DNA of 64,000 bases from the human T2T-CHM13v2.0 reference genome, Homo sapiens (GCF_009914755.1 NC_060926.1); one strand, 5' to 3'. Shown: positions 16,480-33,965, counted from the stretch's first letter. The notes: generated by a model not told the origin, from the sequence alone. Program-made: numbers and translations.

Positions 16480-17905
16480 TGGAATAATCCTTGTGGTGTT
16501 GAAATGGAATTTTAGGTATCAATAGAAACTCATAGTTTTTACTGGATAAATAGATACCAGTGGGTGTGGGTGTGAGTGTGTGTATTATATAAATATCTAT
16601 ATATTATATAGGTAGAGATACACACATATATACATACATATACATATATCTCCTACTTCAGAATTAGTTTCCTATTGGTACTGTAACAAATTACCACAAA
16701 CTTAGTAGTTTAAAACAAAACAAATTTATTATTTTACAGTTCTGGAGGACAGAAGTCTAAAATCAAGGACCTCAGAAGAGAATCTGTTCTCCTCCTCTTT
16801 GATTCTTCCCTCTCTCTCATAAGAACCCTGTGATTATACCAGGCCCACCCAGATAAACCAGGGTAATTATCTCAGGACCCTTAACTTCATCCACAAAGTT
16901 CCTTTTGAATGTAAGGTAATATATTCACAGGTTCCAGGATTAAGACATGGGCAGCCACTTTTCTATGCACCACAAATATATATATATATTGCATATAATA
17001 TATATATTTATATGTATATACACACACATACCTGTATATACACACATACATATATTCCCTAGTCCTCACTCTTCTAGGCTGAGAAGGCCTAGAAGCCATG
17101 GTACTCACTGGCAATGAGCACACTACTTCCCCAGCTCCTTATTTCTAAATACCATACTCCATCAACAGGAACCAGAGCTCCTCAGAGACATGGTTGATTT
17201 TAGAACGGGGGCACGGAAAACATAAGGTTAGCCAGAATATCTTTTTCTGACAGGAAATGAGAAAAGGCTAACCACCATGGAGACATGGAAAAAGAACACA
17301 GGAACCAGCTTGAAAGGTCTTCCCCTGGTCAAATCTTGTACAATTTAAACATCAAAATAAACAGCATTCATAACAGACTATAACCCATAGGATAAAATAA
17401 GAATCCATGAATTCATAGTATTATAAATAAATAAATAAATGGGAGAGAAAGGGAAAGCTCTTTCTTACAGTAAAATGACTAATAAATGTAGGAGGAATGA
17501 TGGTATCAGAAACTCACCACAAAAGTAGTAAGTTACAAGCAAGAATTGTCAGGGGATGCTTAAACTAGTAGATGAAAGTTTAATGAGACAATGGATATTT
17601 ATATAGTGTCAAGGCATCTCCCACAAGATACTTATTCATGACAATGGAAAAAAATCATAACTTTATGGTGAGGAACCTGGCAGACACCACCCTAATGAAA
17701 TGGTCACTGTTAACATCACCAATAGCAGGATATATCAACATCATATGCCTCATGATATGACACAACATGGCTTCATTGGTAATGCTGGCAAAACCGCAGA
17801 ACCTGCACACCCAAACTAAGGGAGACCCTATAAAATTACAGGCCTGTTGTCTTAAAAAATGTCAAGGTCATGAAAGATAAGTTTTTTGGATTTAAAGAGA
17901 TTAAA
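16480..17905 (+). mobile_element. Old L1M 3' region with a nested MLT1 fragment (about 16660-16970); resumes after 25205
   Basis: L1MC/MD-like 3'UTR motifs; MLT1 gtaacaaattaccacaaacttagt motif. Confidence 0.5.
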
Positions 17906-20900
17906 GAGGTGGCTGGCAAGATGGCTGAATAGGAATAGCTCCAGTCTGCAGCTCCCAGCAAGATCAGTGCAGAAGGTGGGTGATTTCTGCATTTCCAACT
18001 GAGGTACCCAGCTCATCTCATTGGGACTGGTTAGACAGTGGATGCAGCCCAGAGAGGGCTAGCCAAATCAGGGTGGGGCATCACCTCACCTGAGAAGCAC
18101 AAGGGGTCAGGGAACTCCCTCCCATAGCCAAGGGAAGCCTTGAGGGACTGTGCCATGAGGAATGGTGCATTCCAGCCCAGATACTACACTTTTCCTATGA
18201 TCTTTGCAACCCGCAGACCAGGAGATTCCCTCAGGTGCCTACACCACCAGGGCCCTGGGTTTCAAGCACAAAACTCAGCAGCCATCTGGGGAGATACCGA
18301 GCTAGCTGCAGGAGTTTTTTTTCATACCCAGTGACACCTGGAACCCCAGCAAGACAGAACCGTTCACTCCCCTGGAAAAAGGGTTGAAGCCAGAGAGCCG
18401 AGTGGTCTAGCTCAGCAGATCCTACCCCCACAGAGCCCAGCAAGCTAAGATCCACTGGCTTGAAATTCTCACTGCCAGTACATCAGTCTGAAGTCAATCC
18501 GGGATGCTCAAGGTTGGTGGGGGGAGGGGCATCCGCCATTACTGAGGCTTCAGTAGGTGGTTTACCCCTCACACTGTGAACAAAGCTACAGGGAAGTTCA
18601 AACTGGGCGAAGCCCACTGCAGCTTGGCAAAGCTGCTGTAGCCAGAATGCCTCTCTAGATTCCTCCTCCCTGCACAGGGCATCTCTGAAAGAAAGGCAGC
18701 AGCCCCAGTCAGGGGCTCATAGATAAAAGTCCCATCTTCCTGGGACAGAGCACCTGGGGGAAGGGGTGGCTGTGGGTGCAGCTTCAGCAGACTGGAAAGT
18801 TCCTGCCTGCTGGCTCTGAAGAGAGCAGGGATCTCCCAGAACAGTGCTCAAGCTCTGCTAAGGGACAGACTACCTCCTCAAGTGGATCCCTGACCCCTGT
18901 GCCTCTTGACTGGAAGATACCTCCCAGCAGGGGTCAACAGACACCTGATACAGGAGAGCTCCAGCTGGCATCTGGTGGGTGCCCCTCTGGGACAAAGCTT
19001 CCACAGGAAGGAACAGGGAGCAATCTTTGCTGTTCTGCAGCCTCCGCTGAAGATACACAGGCAAACAGGGTCTGGAGTGGACCTCCAGAAAACTCGAACA
19101 GACCTGCAGTAGATGGGCATGACTGTTAGAAGGAAAACTAACAAACAGAAAGGAATAGGATCAATATCAAGAAAAAGGATGTCCACACCAAAACCCCATC
19201 TGAAGGTCATCAACATCAAAGATGAAACATAGATAAATCCACGAAGATGAGGAAAAACCAGAGCAAAAAGGCTGAAAATTCCAAAAACCAGAATGCCTCT
19301 TCTCCTCCAAAGGATAACAACTCCTCACCAGCAAGGGAACAAAACTGGAGAATGAGTTTGATGAACTGAGAGAAGTAGCCTTCAGAAAGTGGGTAATAAC
19401 AAACTCCTCTGAGCTAAAAGAGCATATTCTAACCCAATGCAAGGAAATTAAGAAACTTGAAGGGTACAGGAATTGCTAATTAGAATAACCAGTTTAAGGA
19501 AAAACATACATTACCTGATGGAGCTGAAAAACACAGCATGAGAACTTAGTGAAGCATACACAAGTATCAACAGCCAAGTCAATCAAGCAGAAGAAAGGAT
19601 ATCAGAGATTCAAGATCAACTTAATGAAATAAAGAGTGAAGACAAGATTAGAGAAAAAATGAAAAGGAACGAACAAAGCCTCCAAGAAATATGGGATTAT
19701 ATGAAAAGACCAAACCTACGTTTGATTGGTGTACTTTAAAGTGACGGGGAGAATGGAATCAAGCTGGAAAACAGTCTTCAGGGTATAATCCAGGAGAACT
19801 TCCCCAACCTAGCAAGACAGGCGAACATTCAAATTCAGGAAATACAGAGAACACCACTAAGAAACTCCTCGAGAAGAGAAACCCCAAGACACATAATCGT
19901 CAGATTTACCAAGGTTGAAATGAAGAAAAAAAATGAGAAACCCTAAAAGCCAGAAGAGAGTGGGGGCCAATATTCAACATTCTTAAAATAATTTTCAACC
20001 CAGAATTTCATATCCAGCCAAACCAAGATTCAGAAGTGAAGGAGAAATAAAATCCTTTGCAGACAAGGAAATGCTGAGAGATTTTGTCACCACCAGGCCT
20101 GCCTTACAAGAACTCCTGAAGGAAGCACTAAACATGGAAAGGAACAACCGGTACCAGTCACTGCAAAAACATGTAAAATTGTAAAGACCATCCACACTAT
20201 GAAGAAACTGCATCAACTAACAGGCAAAATAACCAGCAAGCATCATAATGGCAGGATGAAATTCACACATAACAATATTAACCTTAAATGTAAATGGGCT
20301 AAATGCCCCAATTTAAAAGACACAGACTGGCAAATTGGATGAAAAGTCAAGACCCATCGGTATGCTGTATACAGGAGACCCATCTCACATGCAAAGACAC
20401 ACATAGGCTCAAAATAAAGAGATGGAGGAGTATTTACTAAGCAAATGGAAAGCAAAAAAAAGCAGAGGTTGCAATCCTAGTTTCTGATAAAACAGACTTT
20501 AAACCAACAAAGATCAAAAGAGACAAAGAAGGGCATTACATAATGGTAAAGGGATTCATGCAACAAAAAGAGCTAACTATCTTAAATATATATGCACCCA
20601 ATAGAAGAGCACCCAGATTCATAAAGCAAGTCCTTAGAGACCTACAAAGAGACTTACACTCCCACACAATAATAGTGGGAGACTTTAACACCCCACGGTC
20701 AATATTAGACAGATCAATGAGATAGAAAATTAACAAGCATATCCAGGACTTGAACTCAGCTCTGGACCAAGCAGACCTAATAGACATCTACAGCTCTCCA
20801 CCACAAACCAAGAGAATATACATTCTTCTCAGCACCACATAGCACTTATTCTAAAATTGACCACACAATTGGAAGTAAAACACTCCTCAGCAAATGCAAA

Positions 20901-21173
20901 AGAACTAAAATCATAACAAACAGTCTCTCAGACCACAGCGCAACCAAAGTAGAACTCAGGATTAAGAAACTCACTCAAAACCACTCAACTACATGGAAAC
21001 TGAACAACCTGCTACTGAATGACTACTGGGTAAATAATGAAATTAAGGCAGAAATAAATAAGTTATTTGAAACCAATGAGAACAAAAACACAACATACCA
21101 GAATCTCTGGAACACAGCTAAAACAGTGTTTAGAGGGAAATTTATAGCACTAAATGCCCACAGGAGAAAGTAG

Positions 21174-21302
<129 letters not shown>

Positions 21303-23035
21303 TAAAAAACCCTTCAAAAAATCAATAAATCAAGAAGCTAATTTTCTGAAAAGATTAACGAAATAGAATGCTAGCCAGACTAATAAAGAAGAAAAGAGAG
21401 AAGAATCAAATAGACACAATAAAAAATAATAATGGGGATATCACCACTGATCCCACAGAAATACAAAGAATACTATAAACACCTCTACACAAATAAACTA
21501 GAAAATCTAGAAGAAATTGATAAATTCCTGGACATATACACTCTCCCAAGACTAAACCAGGAAGAAGTTGAATCCCTAAATGCATCAATAACAAGTTCTT
21601 AAATTGAGGCAGTAATTAGTAGCCTGCCAAACAAAAAAGCCCAGGACAAGACAGATTCACAGCAGAATTCTACCTGAGGTAAAAAGAGTAGCTGGTACCA
21701 TTCCTTCTGAAACTCTTTCAAACAATAGAAAAAGAGGGACACCACTCTAACTAATTTTATGAGGCCAGCACCATCCTGGTAACAAAACCTGGCAGAGACA
21801 CAACAAAAAAAGAAAATTCCAGGTCAATATCCCTGATGAACATAGATGTAAAAATCCTCAATAAAATACTGGCAAACCAAATCCAGCAGCATATCAAAAA
21901 CCTTATTCACCACGATCAAGTTGGCTTCATCCCTGGGATGCAATGTTGCTTCAACACGTGCAATTCAATAAATGTAATCTATCACATAAACAGAACCAAT
22001 GACAAAAACCACGATTACCTCAACAGATGCAGAAAAGGCCTTTGGTAAAATTCAACACCACTTCATGCTAAAAACTCTCAATAAACTAGATATTGATGGA
22101 ACACGTCTCAAAATAATAAGAGCTATTTATGACAAACCCACAGCCAAGATCATACTGACCACGCAAAAGCTGGAAGCATTCTCTTTGAAAACCGGCACAA
22201 GACAAGGATGCCCTCTCCCATGCCTCCTATTCAACATACTATTGGAAGTTCTGGCCAGGGCAATCAGGCAAGAGAAAGAAATGAAGTGTATTCAAATAGA
22301 AAAAGAGCAAGTCAAATTGTGTCTGTTTGCAGATGACATGATTGTGTATTTAAAAAACCCCATCATCTCAGCACAAAATCTCCTTAAGCTAATAAGAAAG
22401 TTCAGCAAAGTCTCAGGATATGAAATCAATGTGCAAAAATCACAAGCATTCCTATACACCAATAATAGACAGAGAGCCAAATCATAAGTGAACTCCCATT
22501 CACAATTGCTACAAACAGAATAAAATACCTAGGAATCCAACTTACAAGGAATGTGAAGGACCTCTTCAAGGAGAACTACAAACCACTGCTCAAGGAAATA
22601 AGAAAGGACACAAACAAATGAGAAAACATTCCATGCTCATGGATAGGAAGAATCAATATCATGAAAATTGCCATACTGCCCAAAGTAATTTATGGATTCA
22701 ATGCTATCCCCATCAAGCTACCATTGACTTTCTTCACAGAATTGGAAAAAACTACTTTAAATTTCATATGGAACCAAAAGAGAGCCCACATAGCTAAGAC
22801 AATCCTAAGCAAAAAGAGCAAAGCTAGAGGCATCAAGCTACCTGACCTCAAACTATACTACAAGGCTACAGTAACCAAAACAGCATGGTACTTGTGCCAA
22901 ATCAGATATATAGACCAATGCAACAGAACAAAGGCCTCAGAAATGACACCACACATCTACAACAATCTGAACTTTGACAAACCTGACACAAACAAACAAT
23001 GGGAAAAGGATTCCCTATTTAATAAATGGTGTTGA

Positions 23036-23482
<447 letters not shown>

Positions 23483-23916
23483 TCAGGACATAGGCATGGG
23501 CAAAGACTTCATGACTAAAACACCAAAAGTGATGGCAACAAAAGCCAAAACTGAAAAATGGGATCTAAGTAAACTAAAGAGCATCTGCACACCAAAAGAA
23601 ACTATCATCAGAGTGAACAGGCAACCTACAGAATGGGAGAAAAATTTTGCAGTCTATCCATCTGACAAATGGCTAATATCCAGAATCTACAAAGAACTTA
23701 AACAAATTTACAAGAAAAAAACAAACAATCCCATCAAAAAGTGGGCAAAGTAGTCTGTTTGAACAGACACTTCCCCCAAAAAAAGACATTTATGCAGCCA
23801 ACAAGCATATGAAAAAATGCTCATCATCGCTGGTCATTAGAGAAATGCAAATCAAAACCACAATGAGATAGCATCTCACGCCAGTTACAATGGTGATCAT
23901 TAAAAAGTCAGGAAAT

Positions 23917-24329
<413 letters not shown>

Positions 24330-24894
24330 TCAAGGATCTACAACCAGAAATACCATTTGACCCAGCAATCCCATTACTGGGTATATGCCCAAAAAATTAT
24401 AAATTATCCTACTATAAACACAGATACACAGTATGTTTATTACAGCACTATTCACAATAGCAAAGTCTTGGAACCAATCCAAATGCCCATCAATGATAGT
24501 CTGGATAAAGAAAATGTGGCACAGATACACCATGGAATACTATGCAGCCATAAAACAGGATGAGTTCATGTCCTTTGCAGGGACATGGATGAAGCTGGAA
24601 ACCATCATTCTCAGCAAACTAACACAGGAACAGAAAACCAAACACCGCATGTTCTCACTCATAAGTGGGAGCTGAACACTGAGAACACATGGACACAGGG
24701 AGGGGAACATCACACACTGGGGCCTGTCAGGGAGTGGGGGGCTAGGCGAGGGATAGCATGAGGAGAAATACTTAATGTAGATGACAGGTTGATGGGTGCA
24801 GCAAACCACCATGGCAAGTGTATACAACAAACCTGCATTTTCTGTACATGTATCTCAGAACTTAAAGTGTAATAATAAAAAAAAAAAAAAAAAG

Positions 24895-25291
<397 letters not shown>

Positions 25292-28200
25292 TCAGATTTG
25301 TAGATTAGATAACAGTATCCATGTTGATTTTCTGATTTTGATTGCTGTATGATTACATTGAATAATGTTTTGAGGAAACACACTGAAGTGTTTAGGGATA
25401 AATAAGCATGATGTCTGCAATTTACTCTCAATGGCTTAGAAAAAATAATTATGTATATACATAGAGAAAGAATGATAAAGCAAATTCAGTAAATTATTAA
25501 TCTGGAAAAAGGATATACATTTTTGTAACTTCTCTTTTAAATCTGAAGGACCAAGTAAAATGGTGGATTACAGAGTGGAAAGAAAGCCCTTCCATTTGTG
25601 AGTGCCTAACAGCAGGTTGTGCCTGGGCCCACCTCTGTCGGCCCCTTAATCTGCCCCAAACATTCAGACATTAGTGTTACCAAAACACCAGGGATTTGGT
25701 CTAAGTCCTGCTGCTCTCCACACAGAAAGCCAATCACTGAGACAATGAGTATTGCCAAGGAAGAAAACTTTAACTGGGTGCTGCAGCCAAGGAGATGGAA
25801 GCTCAATCACAAATCCATTTTTCTGATTGACTAAAATTAGGGATTTATATAGCAGGGAAGAAATGTAACAATGTGTAAGAAAACAGGAACTAGTGAGGGG
25901 CAAGGAAGCAATCATGATGATTGAGGGGTCCAAATGTCATTGTCAGGATGTGGTGATCTGGTAAGTTTCACTTTTGATACTTTTTTTGAGAGGCCTGAAG
26001 GTCATTTCCTGAGGAAGGGTCTCAGATAAAACAAAGTAAGTTTCAAGCTTTAAGACCAGAAGGTCAATTTCTATGTTTATCCAAAAAACTGTCTTTGGCA
26101 CTATTAAGTTGATGTCAGTCCACGCCCCCTTTTTATTTATCAATTCCTCAGTCATGGGGAATCTGGTCGTTAATCTTTCTGACTGTTTCGTGCTGAGGAG
26201 GGGTGTCCTGGGCACCTCTATACCACAGGTGACCTCATGGCCACCCAGGAATCAAAGGTTAATCTAATACTATAGTTTTCTTCTGAAACACAATCTTTCT
26301 CTCTCCAGACCCCCTGACAATTCCACCAAAGGCAAATCACAGCAGGACCAATCTACCTGCAAAATAAGCTTCAGTCCCATAGACTTGGCCTGATTACCCA
26401 CACAAAGTGCAGCAAGAATCATTGTCTACATAGGCGCTCCTAAACTGGCTTTGTTGGAACATCTCACAAGGCCATTTCAAACAAGGCCCACAGAAAGTAA
26501 CCAGTTCCTCCAACTGTGTCCCATTATAAAAGAAAACACGTTGTTATTAACCATATTCCCAATTAATATTCACAAATAGTTTACAAATTCAGGAGAAATT
26601 AAACAATGCCTCAAATTCTGTTTATAAAAGTATACTCTACTCAATATACTTAAAGTATACTTACAGGCTATAAATAGCTCAAAAGAAAAAAATTTTCCAG
26701 ACTCTGAAAAACAAAACAAAAAGAATAAGCAATATTTCAAAGGAAAATAGCCATACAAAATTATTTCTGTCATCCATTAATTCAGTCCACGCAATTAACT
26801 CCTGCTCTGCTTCATATTGGGTTAGCAATCTTTACGAACACAGCCTTTCAATTAATGCCCTGAAAGTTTTCTCTCAAATCCAATGGCACACCCAAAGTTA
26901 TCAGAAACCTCCATTCAAGAGTCCTTTTTGTGAACTACTCCAAAGAAACAAGCCCCGGACTGTAGCTGATATATCAATTTTTTGAAAAGGATCAAAGCAA
27001 ACATCAATTGTGGATGACAAAGTCTTAAGATAGCCATAATCAAAGACACAGTTGACAAGGAAATTTGGTTATTTCTGTGGCATACAATTTGACATAATAA
27101 CCATAATTATTACTGACAAAATATGTTAAGACATATCAGAATTTCAGGAACGTGAAACAATCCTGGAACACATATTAACAACATATCTGTATAAATATAA
27201 CCCAAAGAAAGTTAAATACCACCTCACATTTGACAATGCTTCCTATATAATTCTAATATAACAAGTACGCCTACTGTCTCTCTTGGACTTCAGGGAACAT
27301 GAATATCCGAACAGGTAGTGTAAGTTCAAAAAGTCTGAATTTAGAACTTGAAATTTTGCTATTGGAAAATCTGTCAAATATCAAAGGTTTAACACACGTG
27401 ATATCTCAAAATAGGATCACAAGTTACTATAAAATAGTCATTCATTTAGCCAAAATTATAATACAAAAACATCTTCTATTTGATAAAAAGGAGATTCAGT
27501 TTCCCAAACAATAAGCCCTAATAAAGACAGCATGAGACCAACTAAACCTGTCTCTCCCGACTCCATTTTCTTCCTGCAGTTCACTCAAAAGGTAAATGAA
27601 ATCTGTTATCTCTTATTAATATTACACAAACATTTTGTTCAAAAGAGAAAACCAAAATTTTACCCTTGTATGGTATATAATTAACACTAAAGCTAAGTTT
27701 AATAAAACTTTATAAACAAATGTATCTGATTTTAATCAGTTTGACTATAAGGTAAGATTTCCCTAAACCTTTTATAATGTTTTACAACTTTCTATTAAAG
27801 AGCAGATCAATGTTCCAGGAAAACCCTGTTATTCTGACACACGGTCCCAGACACTGGCTTTGCATCACTGGCTTTTGATATTAATGTTTAATTTATAGAA
27901 ACACCTTAAACTAATCTTATCCCTCAAAATCTGCCCTTACGATCTAACGGGTCCAACTCTTCCACAATACTCCCCGGGCTTAGAGGGATTGAATCATTTT
28001 AATTTCTGGCCCCGTGTCTCATGAAAACTGGTTATTTGGTCAATCACCTTCTCCTGGTACTTAAGATGAGGCTTCAATTTGTGTTAATGCTCAAGATTTA
28101 GCAGAGGTCAATGATTTTTTCAGACCCAGGAGTCAAAGCTCTGTAACTTAACAGCACACAGATTAGTTAACAGGAAATTTACACAACAGAAAGTCATATC

Positions 28201-30006
28201 ATTCTTTCTAACCTGTTACAAATTAAAACAATGTGATTTGTTGTTTAGGAGTTACTGCCTGCAGCACTTCAAACCACTGTATTAAAGCAGTTAGGTTACA
28301 CATTGCATAGGCCTAATTGCTAGTATTCTAGTGACAAAACTGTGACCAAAAGCATCATAAAGTGATAGGTTCTATACCAAACTTACCAAAGTAAGACAGC
28401 TAACTTTTCTATTTTAAAAAAATGGTAAGCACAAATATCAGTTTTGAAAATTCAGTAAGAATAAATACTCTTCCTTCACTTAAATATTATACAACAAAAC
28501 AGGGACAAAGTAAGAACGAGCACACAATAATTTCTTCTCAGCTATTTTAAAAGAGCATCATCACACGTTTCCCAAGATTGGTTTCTAGATACAGTACTGA
28601 TAACTGATTAGGTAATTTTCATAACCAAAAATCTTCAGATCAGTGCAGCCCTTATATACATTGTGTTTCCAAGTACACACAGGAAGGCCCATCAGTGATA
28701 AATGGCTTGGGATCACAAATCAGTAGAAAGTCTCACATCTTTTATTACTACTTAATCCAAGTGAATGTTACTTAATTTTAATAATGTTCAACACAACTAA
28801 AGTAGTTTGAGAGAAATCCCAATCAACATAATTTCCTTAAAGATAAGGCCAATTTTTCCTGAACCTTAAAACTTTGTATCCATATCGGTTTTTCCTCATT
28901 AAAGGGTAAGATCTGAAACCAACTCAAGTTATTGATTGAAGAGAATTACCTTGGAAATAAACACCATTTAAATATTTCTGCTCTCATCTACTTTCCAATT
29001 AACGAAATGTATAATGTACTATTTCTGTTCAGAACATAAGTCTTTTGTTTTACTTTTTCCAGGAACCTTAAAGCTCTTGTAGCTCTCTAGATCATTAGTG
29101 GTAAGAAAAAACAAGAAAATTTTAAATGGCTGGTGTGCTCTACCGATTTTTCCAGGCTTGACAACTGCAGCTTAGGAATTCTAGATAAACAGAACAAATA
29201 ATGAATTGTTACAAATGCATAGGAAACAAAATGGCTATTCATAAAGCCAAATAAAAGCATTCCATTAGAAACTAAAAAAATCAATGGTTTTATACATGTA
29301 TATATAAGTAAAACCCAAAAAAAAAAGAGCAAATAAATGAAAATCAGAAGCGAAGACAAACAAGAAACCAACCCCAAGTTTTTCTCCTACTCAGTTTACC
29401 TTGGAAGCTAAAGTGTTACCTAGAGCCAAATAAACCCCCCACACACACACATACACACACACAAGGTAGATATTTTGTTCCAGGTATGTAAATTAATGTC
29501 TTTAAGTCCACCAATACCACTGTACATTTTGTACATTAAGAAATTCACTTTAGGCACATGACCAGTAAGTATTTTAGTGCTAGTACTATCTATACAGTGT
29601 AAAACAAAGCAATGCAAACATATATGTGAAATTCGGCTCCATGTTAAACCTGGCTCCATGTTAAATCTTGCTTCATGCTTAACTATATTAAAAAAGAATT
29701 GCCAAACTGCAAATGTATTTCTTCATAATATTTATTTTATTTTCATCAAAACTAAGTGCTTTAAACAACAGCATTTAACTGAGCTTTAAACTAAGAGCAT
29801 TTAAACAAATGTTTAAATGCTATGTTAATTAGCCAAATTTCTCCAATTTTCTATCAGGTTTTAAAGAATATTATCTAAACTTTTTCAACTTTCTATCTTC
29901 TCTGTATGTGCACAAATATAGACATACAGAGAAGTAGTAAGAAAACCGTGTATGACTTACACAGACAACCTATATGACATGTTTGGACTTTCTGTTTTGT
30001 CTTAAA

Positions 30007-30315
30007 TTTTTTTTTTTTTTTCTTTTTTTTTGAGACGGAGTCTTGCTCTGTCGCCCAGGCTGGAGTGCAATGGTGCGATCTTAGCTCACTGCAAGCTCCA
30101 CCTCCCGGGTTCATGCCTTCTCCCGCCTCAGCCTCCCAGCTAGCTGAGACTACAGGCACACGCCACAACACCTGGCTAATTTTGTTATTGTATTTTTAGT
30201 ACAGACAGGGTTTCACTGTGTTAGCCTGGATGGTCTCGATCTCCTGATCTTGTAATCCACCCACCTTGGCCTCCCAAAGTGCTGGGATTACAGGCATAAG
30301 CCACTGCACCCGGCC
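30007..30315 (-). mobile_element. AluY-like inside the ERV
   Basis: Antisense Alu. Confidence 0.9.
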
Positions 30316-31374
30316 AATTATTTTTTTTAATAACCAGTCATTTTATTTTAGGACAAAAATTCACCATACAAGATCCTTTCTCATACAAAATTCTTCTCTT
30401 TTCTTTATAACTTTCCTTACCAAACATACATCTTCATATCTGTAACTTTCTTCACATCTCTCTCCCCCATTTCTTTACTACCTTATTTTATAAATAACTT
30501 TTTGCAAGTCCATAATTTGAATTAACCTTTAGATAACTTTCGAATTAGACAAAATTATTGTTTTTCTAACAACACATCTTTATGGCATATCTTATATAAA
30601 GAATTATATATTAACTATAATTGTGATCATTAGTAACCTTAAATTTTATTGAAAATGTCCTTGAAATATCCGATATCAGCACTTTATAGAGGAGAACAAT
30701 TACACAATTTTTAGAAATGTATTTTCCCATATCATAATCTTTTCTTAATTCCAAATGACCCAAGTATCCAATAAGCATCCAATAAGCATAAAAAATAAAG
30801 ATTTTAAATTACACAAAAAGTTTACCTAAAACAAGTTTCCCACTTATATGTACTCAATTCTTTCATTTTTAAGTTTATTTAGATTACTTCTGAAAACTAA
30901 AATATTAGACACCGTCATGTAAAGTTATTTCCTTGTTAACCATTTTTTAATAGTCAGTGAACATCAGGTGCTCACCTAAGTAAGAGTCTCAAAGTTAAAA
31001 ACATAGGTATTTTTGTCAATAACTCAGAAGATTCAGCTAACAACATTAGTCTCATTTGTCAAAGCAGGCACACCAACCAAGATCATTTTGCTTTGGCTGG
31101 GTTTATAGTTTTACAGCCTTCTATGCAAAACCCTGATATCTCAAAATATCTAGCAGAGACAAATATAAAACTCAGACAAAAACATATGCTGACAATTCTG
31201 AAGACATTTCTATTTTTATTGTACCAATAATTTGAAAGCCATCTAGCTAGTTTAGTAAAGATTTATTTAGGTCATGTGAATTTGAAAAATACTTTGGACT
31301 TATTTATTTATGACTACTCTTATTTATAAGACAATTTGATAAACACAACATATAACTTAATAAATGTACATTCA

Positions 31375-31668
<294 letters not shown>

Positions 31669-32256
31669 CATTCACATAAACACATCTAGACATGGATACA
31701 CACATAAAGATCCAGTGGCTTTTATTTGGAAACTCTAGCCATGAGATAGCAATACAAACTCAACGGTCTACAAACATGTTCACATGGCTGAACTCTGTTA
31801 GCCCCAGTAGGTAATCCAATGAGGCCTGTAAACCAAAATTTTGGGTAAAGCAGTCTCCATGGAAATTGGATTTTTAAAGGCCATACATCCCAGACTCCAA
31901 AGAACACTAGGGCCAAACAGCACTACAGAAGAACATCACCTGGAATCTACCAATTAGGCCCAACCCTGTTTAGAATAGCAAAATCAAAGCCGGAATACAT
32001 GGTACACTTTCCCATTCAACTCTAGATTCCCAAGAATATTGGGGCCAAACAGTATTACAAAAGAATATCAGTTTACTGAATTCTAGTTTCCCATGATGAT
32101 ACCAAACACACAAACAATAACCAAAACACAATTCAATGCAACAGGAACAAACAAGTCCCAAAAGTGTCCAAACTGAAACAGGCAGGGTGTTTCCTCTCTC
32201 CATGAGATGGGCGTGGTCAACCTGCAAACAAAAATTCCTTCATAATTTCCCAAATT

Positions 32257-32553
32257 GGCCAGGCGCAGTGGATCATGCCTGTAATCCCAGCACTTTGGGA
32301 GGCCAAGGCAGGCGGATCACGAGGTCAGGAGATCGAGACCATCCTGGCTAACACGGTGAAACCCTGTCTCTACCAAAAATACAAAAAATTAGCCGGGTGT
32401 GGTGGCTGGCGCCTGTAGCCCCAGCTACTCAGGAGGCTGAGGCAGGAGAATGGCATGAACTCGGGAGAGGCGGAGTTTGCAGTGAGCCGAGATCATGCCA
32501 CTGAACTCCAGCCTAGGCAACACAGCAAGACTCCGTCTTAAAAAAAAAAAAAA
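32257..32553 (+). mobile_element. AluY inside the ERV
   Basis: Dimeric Alu; TSD-like aattt(c)ccaaatt / aattctcaaatt. Confidence 0.9.
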
Positions 32554-33557
32554 TTCTCAAATTAAGAGGAACTGATCCCATTGTCTGTTATCCACAAAAG
32601 ACACTCACTTGCCCAGACACAAAACACACAATTACAAAGAAGCCCCAAAAATGTCCAAACTGAAACAGTCAGAATGCTTCTCCCTCTCAGTCAGTTGGCC
32701 TTGTTCAACCTACAAAATGGAAATTCAGCTTAAAATTTCCCAAATTAGGAGGAGCAGATCCTGCTTTCTGGGCCCACAAAGGACACTCACCTATCTAGAT
32801 GTAGATGTGAAATTTCAAAGGCAGTTCGTCCCAGGAAGTCAGGAACGCAGTTGGGGCTGGCAGTATCAGGGCCAGAGAGAGATGGAAACTCACCTCTAGT
32901 CAAAATTGGATGGGCAGCCATTTAGGTGGTCTTCTGAGACTCCTGGCCCTAGCAGCCAAGCCAAGAGCAACACATTCCCAATCAGGGAACCACAATCTGT
33001 TACAGAAACACCAGGGGAAAGTCTATGTCCTGCCGCTCACCACACGGAAAGCCAATCACTGAGATGATGAGTATTGCCAAGGAAGAAGATTTTAATTGGG
33101 TGCTGCAGCTGAGGAGATGGGAGCTCATTCTCAAATCCATTTCTCTGACTGACTAAAATTAGGAGTGTATACAACAGGGAAGAAATGTAACAATGTGTAA
33201 GGAAATAGGAACTAGGGAGGGGCAAGGAAGCAATCATAATGAATGAGGGGTCCACCATCTCATTGTCAGGATGTGGTGATCTGTAAGTTTCAGTTTTTTG
33301 ATACTTTTTTGAGAGGCCTAAAGGTAGTTTCCTGAGGAAGGAACTCAGATAAAACAAATGTAAGTTTCAAGCTTTAAGACCAGAAGGTCCATTTCTATGT
33401 TTATCAACAATACTATCTATGGGACTATTGGGTCGGTTCCATTATCACCACTGCTCTTCGGCTTCATTATCTCTGTTTCCTCCCTTGTTTCCTTAGAGAC
33501 ATGATTTTCCTGAATCTCACAGGCTGAAAATCAGTTATATGTGCCTTTTTAAAATAA

Positions 33558-33965
33558 CTGCTATGGGCTGAATTGTGCCCCATCCACCAAATTCATATTT
33601 TAAAGTCCTAAATCGCAGTCCCACAAAATGTGACCTTTTGGAAATAGGGTCTTTACAAAGGTAATCAACTTAAAATGAGGTCATTAACGTATACCCTGAT
33701 CCAATGTAACTGCAGTCCTTACAAAATGTGAAATTTGGCCACAAAAACATGCATAGAAGGAAAATGATGATAAGAGAAACAAAGGGAAGACAGCCATCTG
33801 TGAGCCAAGGAGTGAGGCCAGAAACAGATCCTTTCCTCACAGCTCTGAGGAACCAGCACTGCCAACACCTCTGAACTTCCAGCCTCCAGGACTGTGAGAC
33901 AATACATTTCTGTTGTGTAAGCCAACTAGTCTGTGATACTGTTACAGAAGCCCTGGCAAACAAAT
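33558..33965 (+). mobile_element. MLT1 (MaLR) solo LTR
   Basis: tgctatgggctgaattgtgcccc...cttccagcctccaggactgtgagacaatacatttctgttg motifs. Confidence 0.8.

Noticed and set aside
32974-32992. tRNA-Glu-like sequence
   Set aside because: Only the 3' ~19 nt next to an LTR; this is a primer binding site, not a tRNA gene
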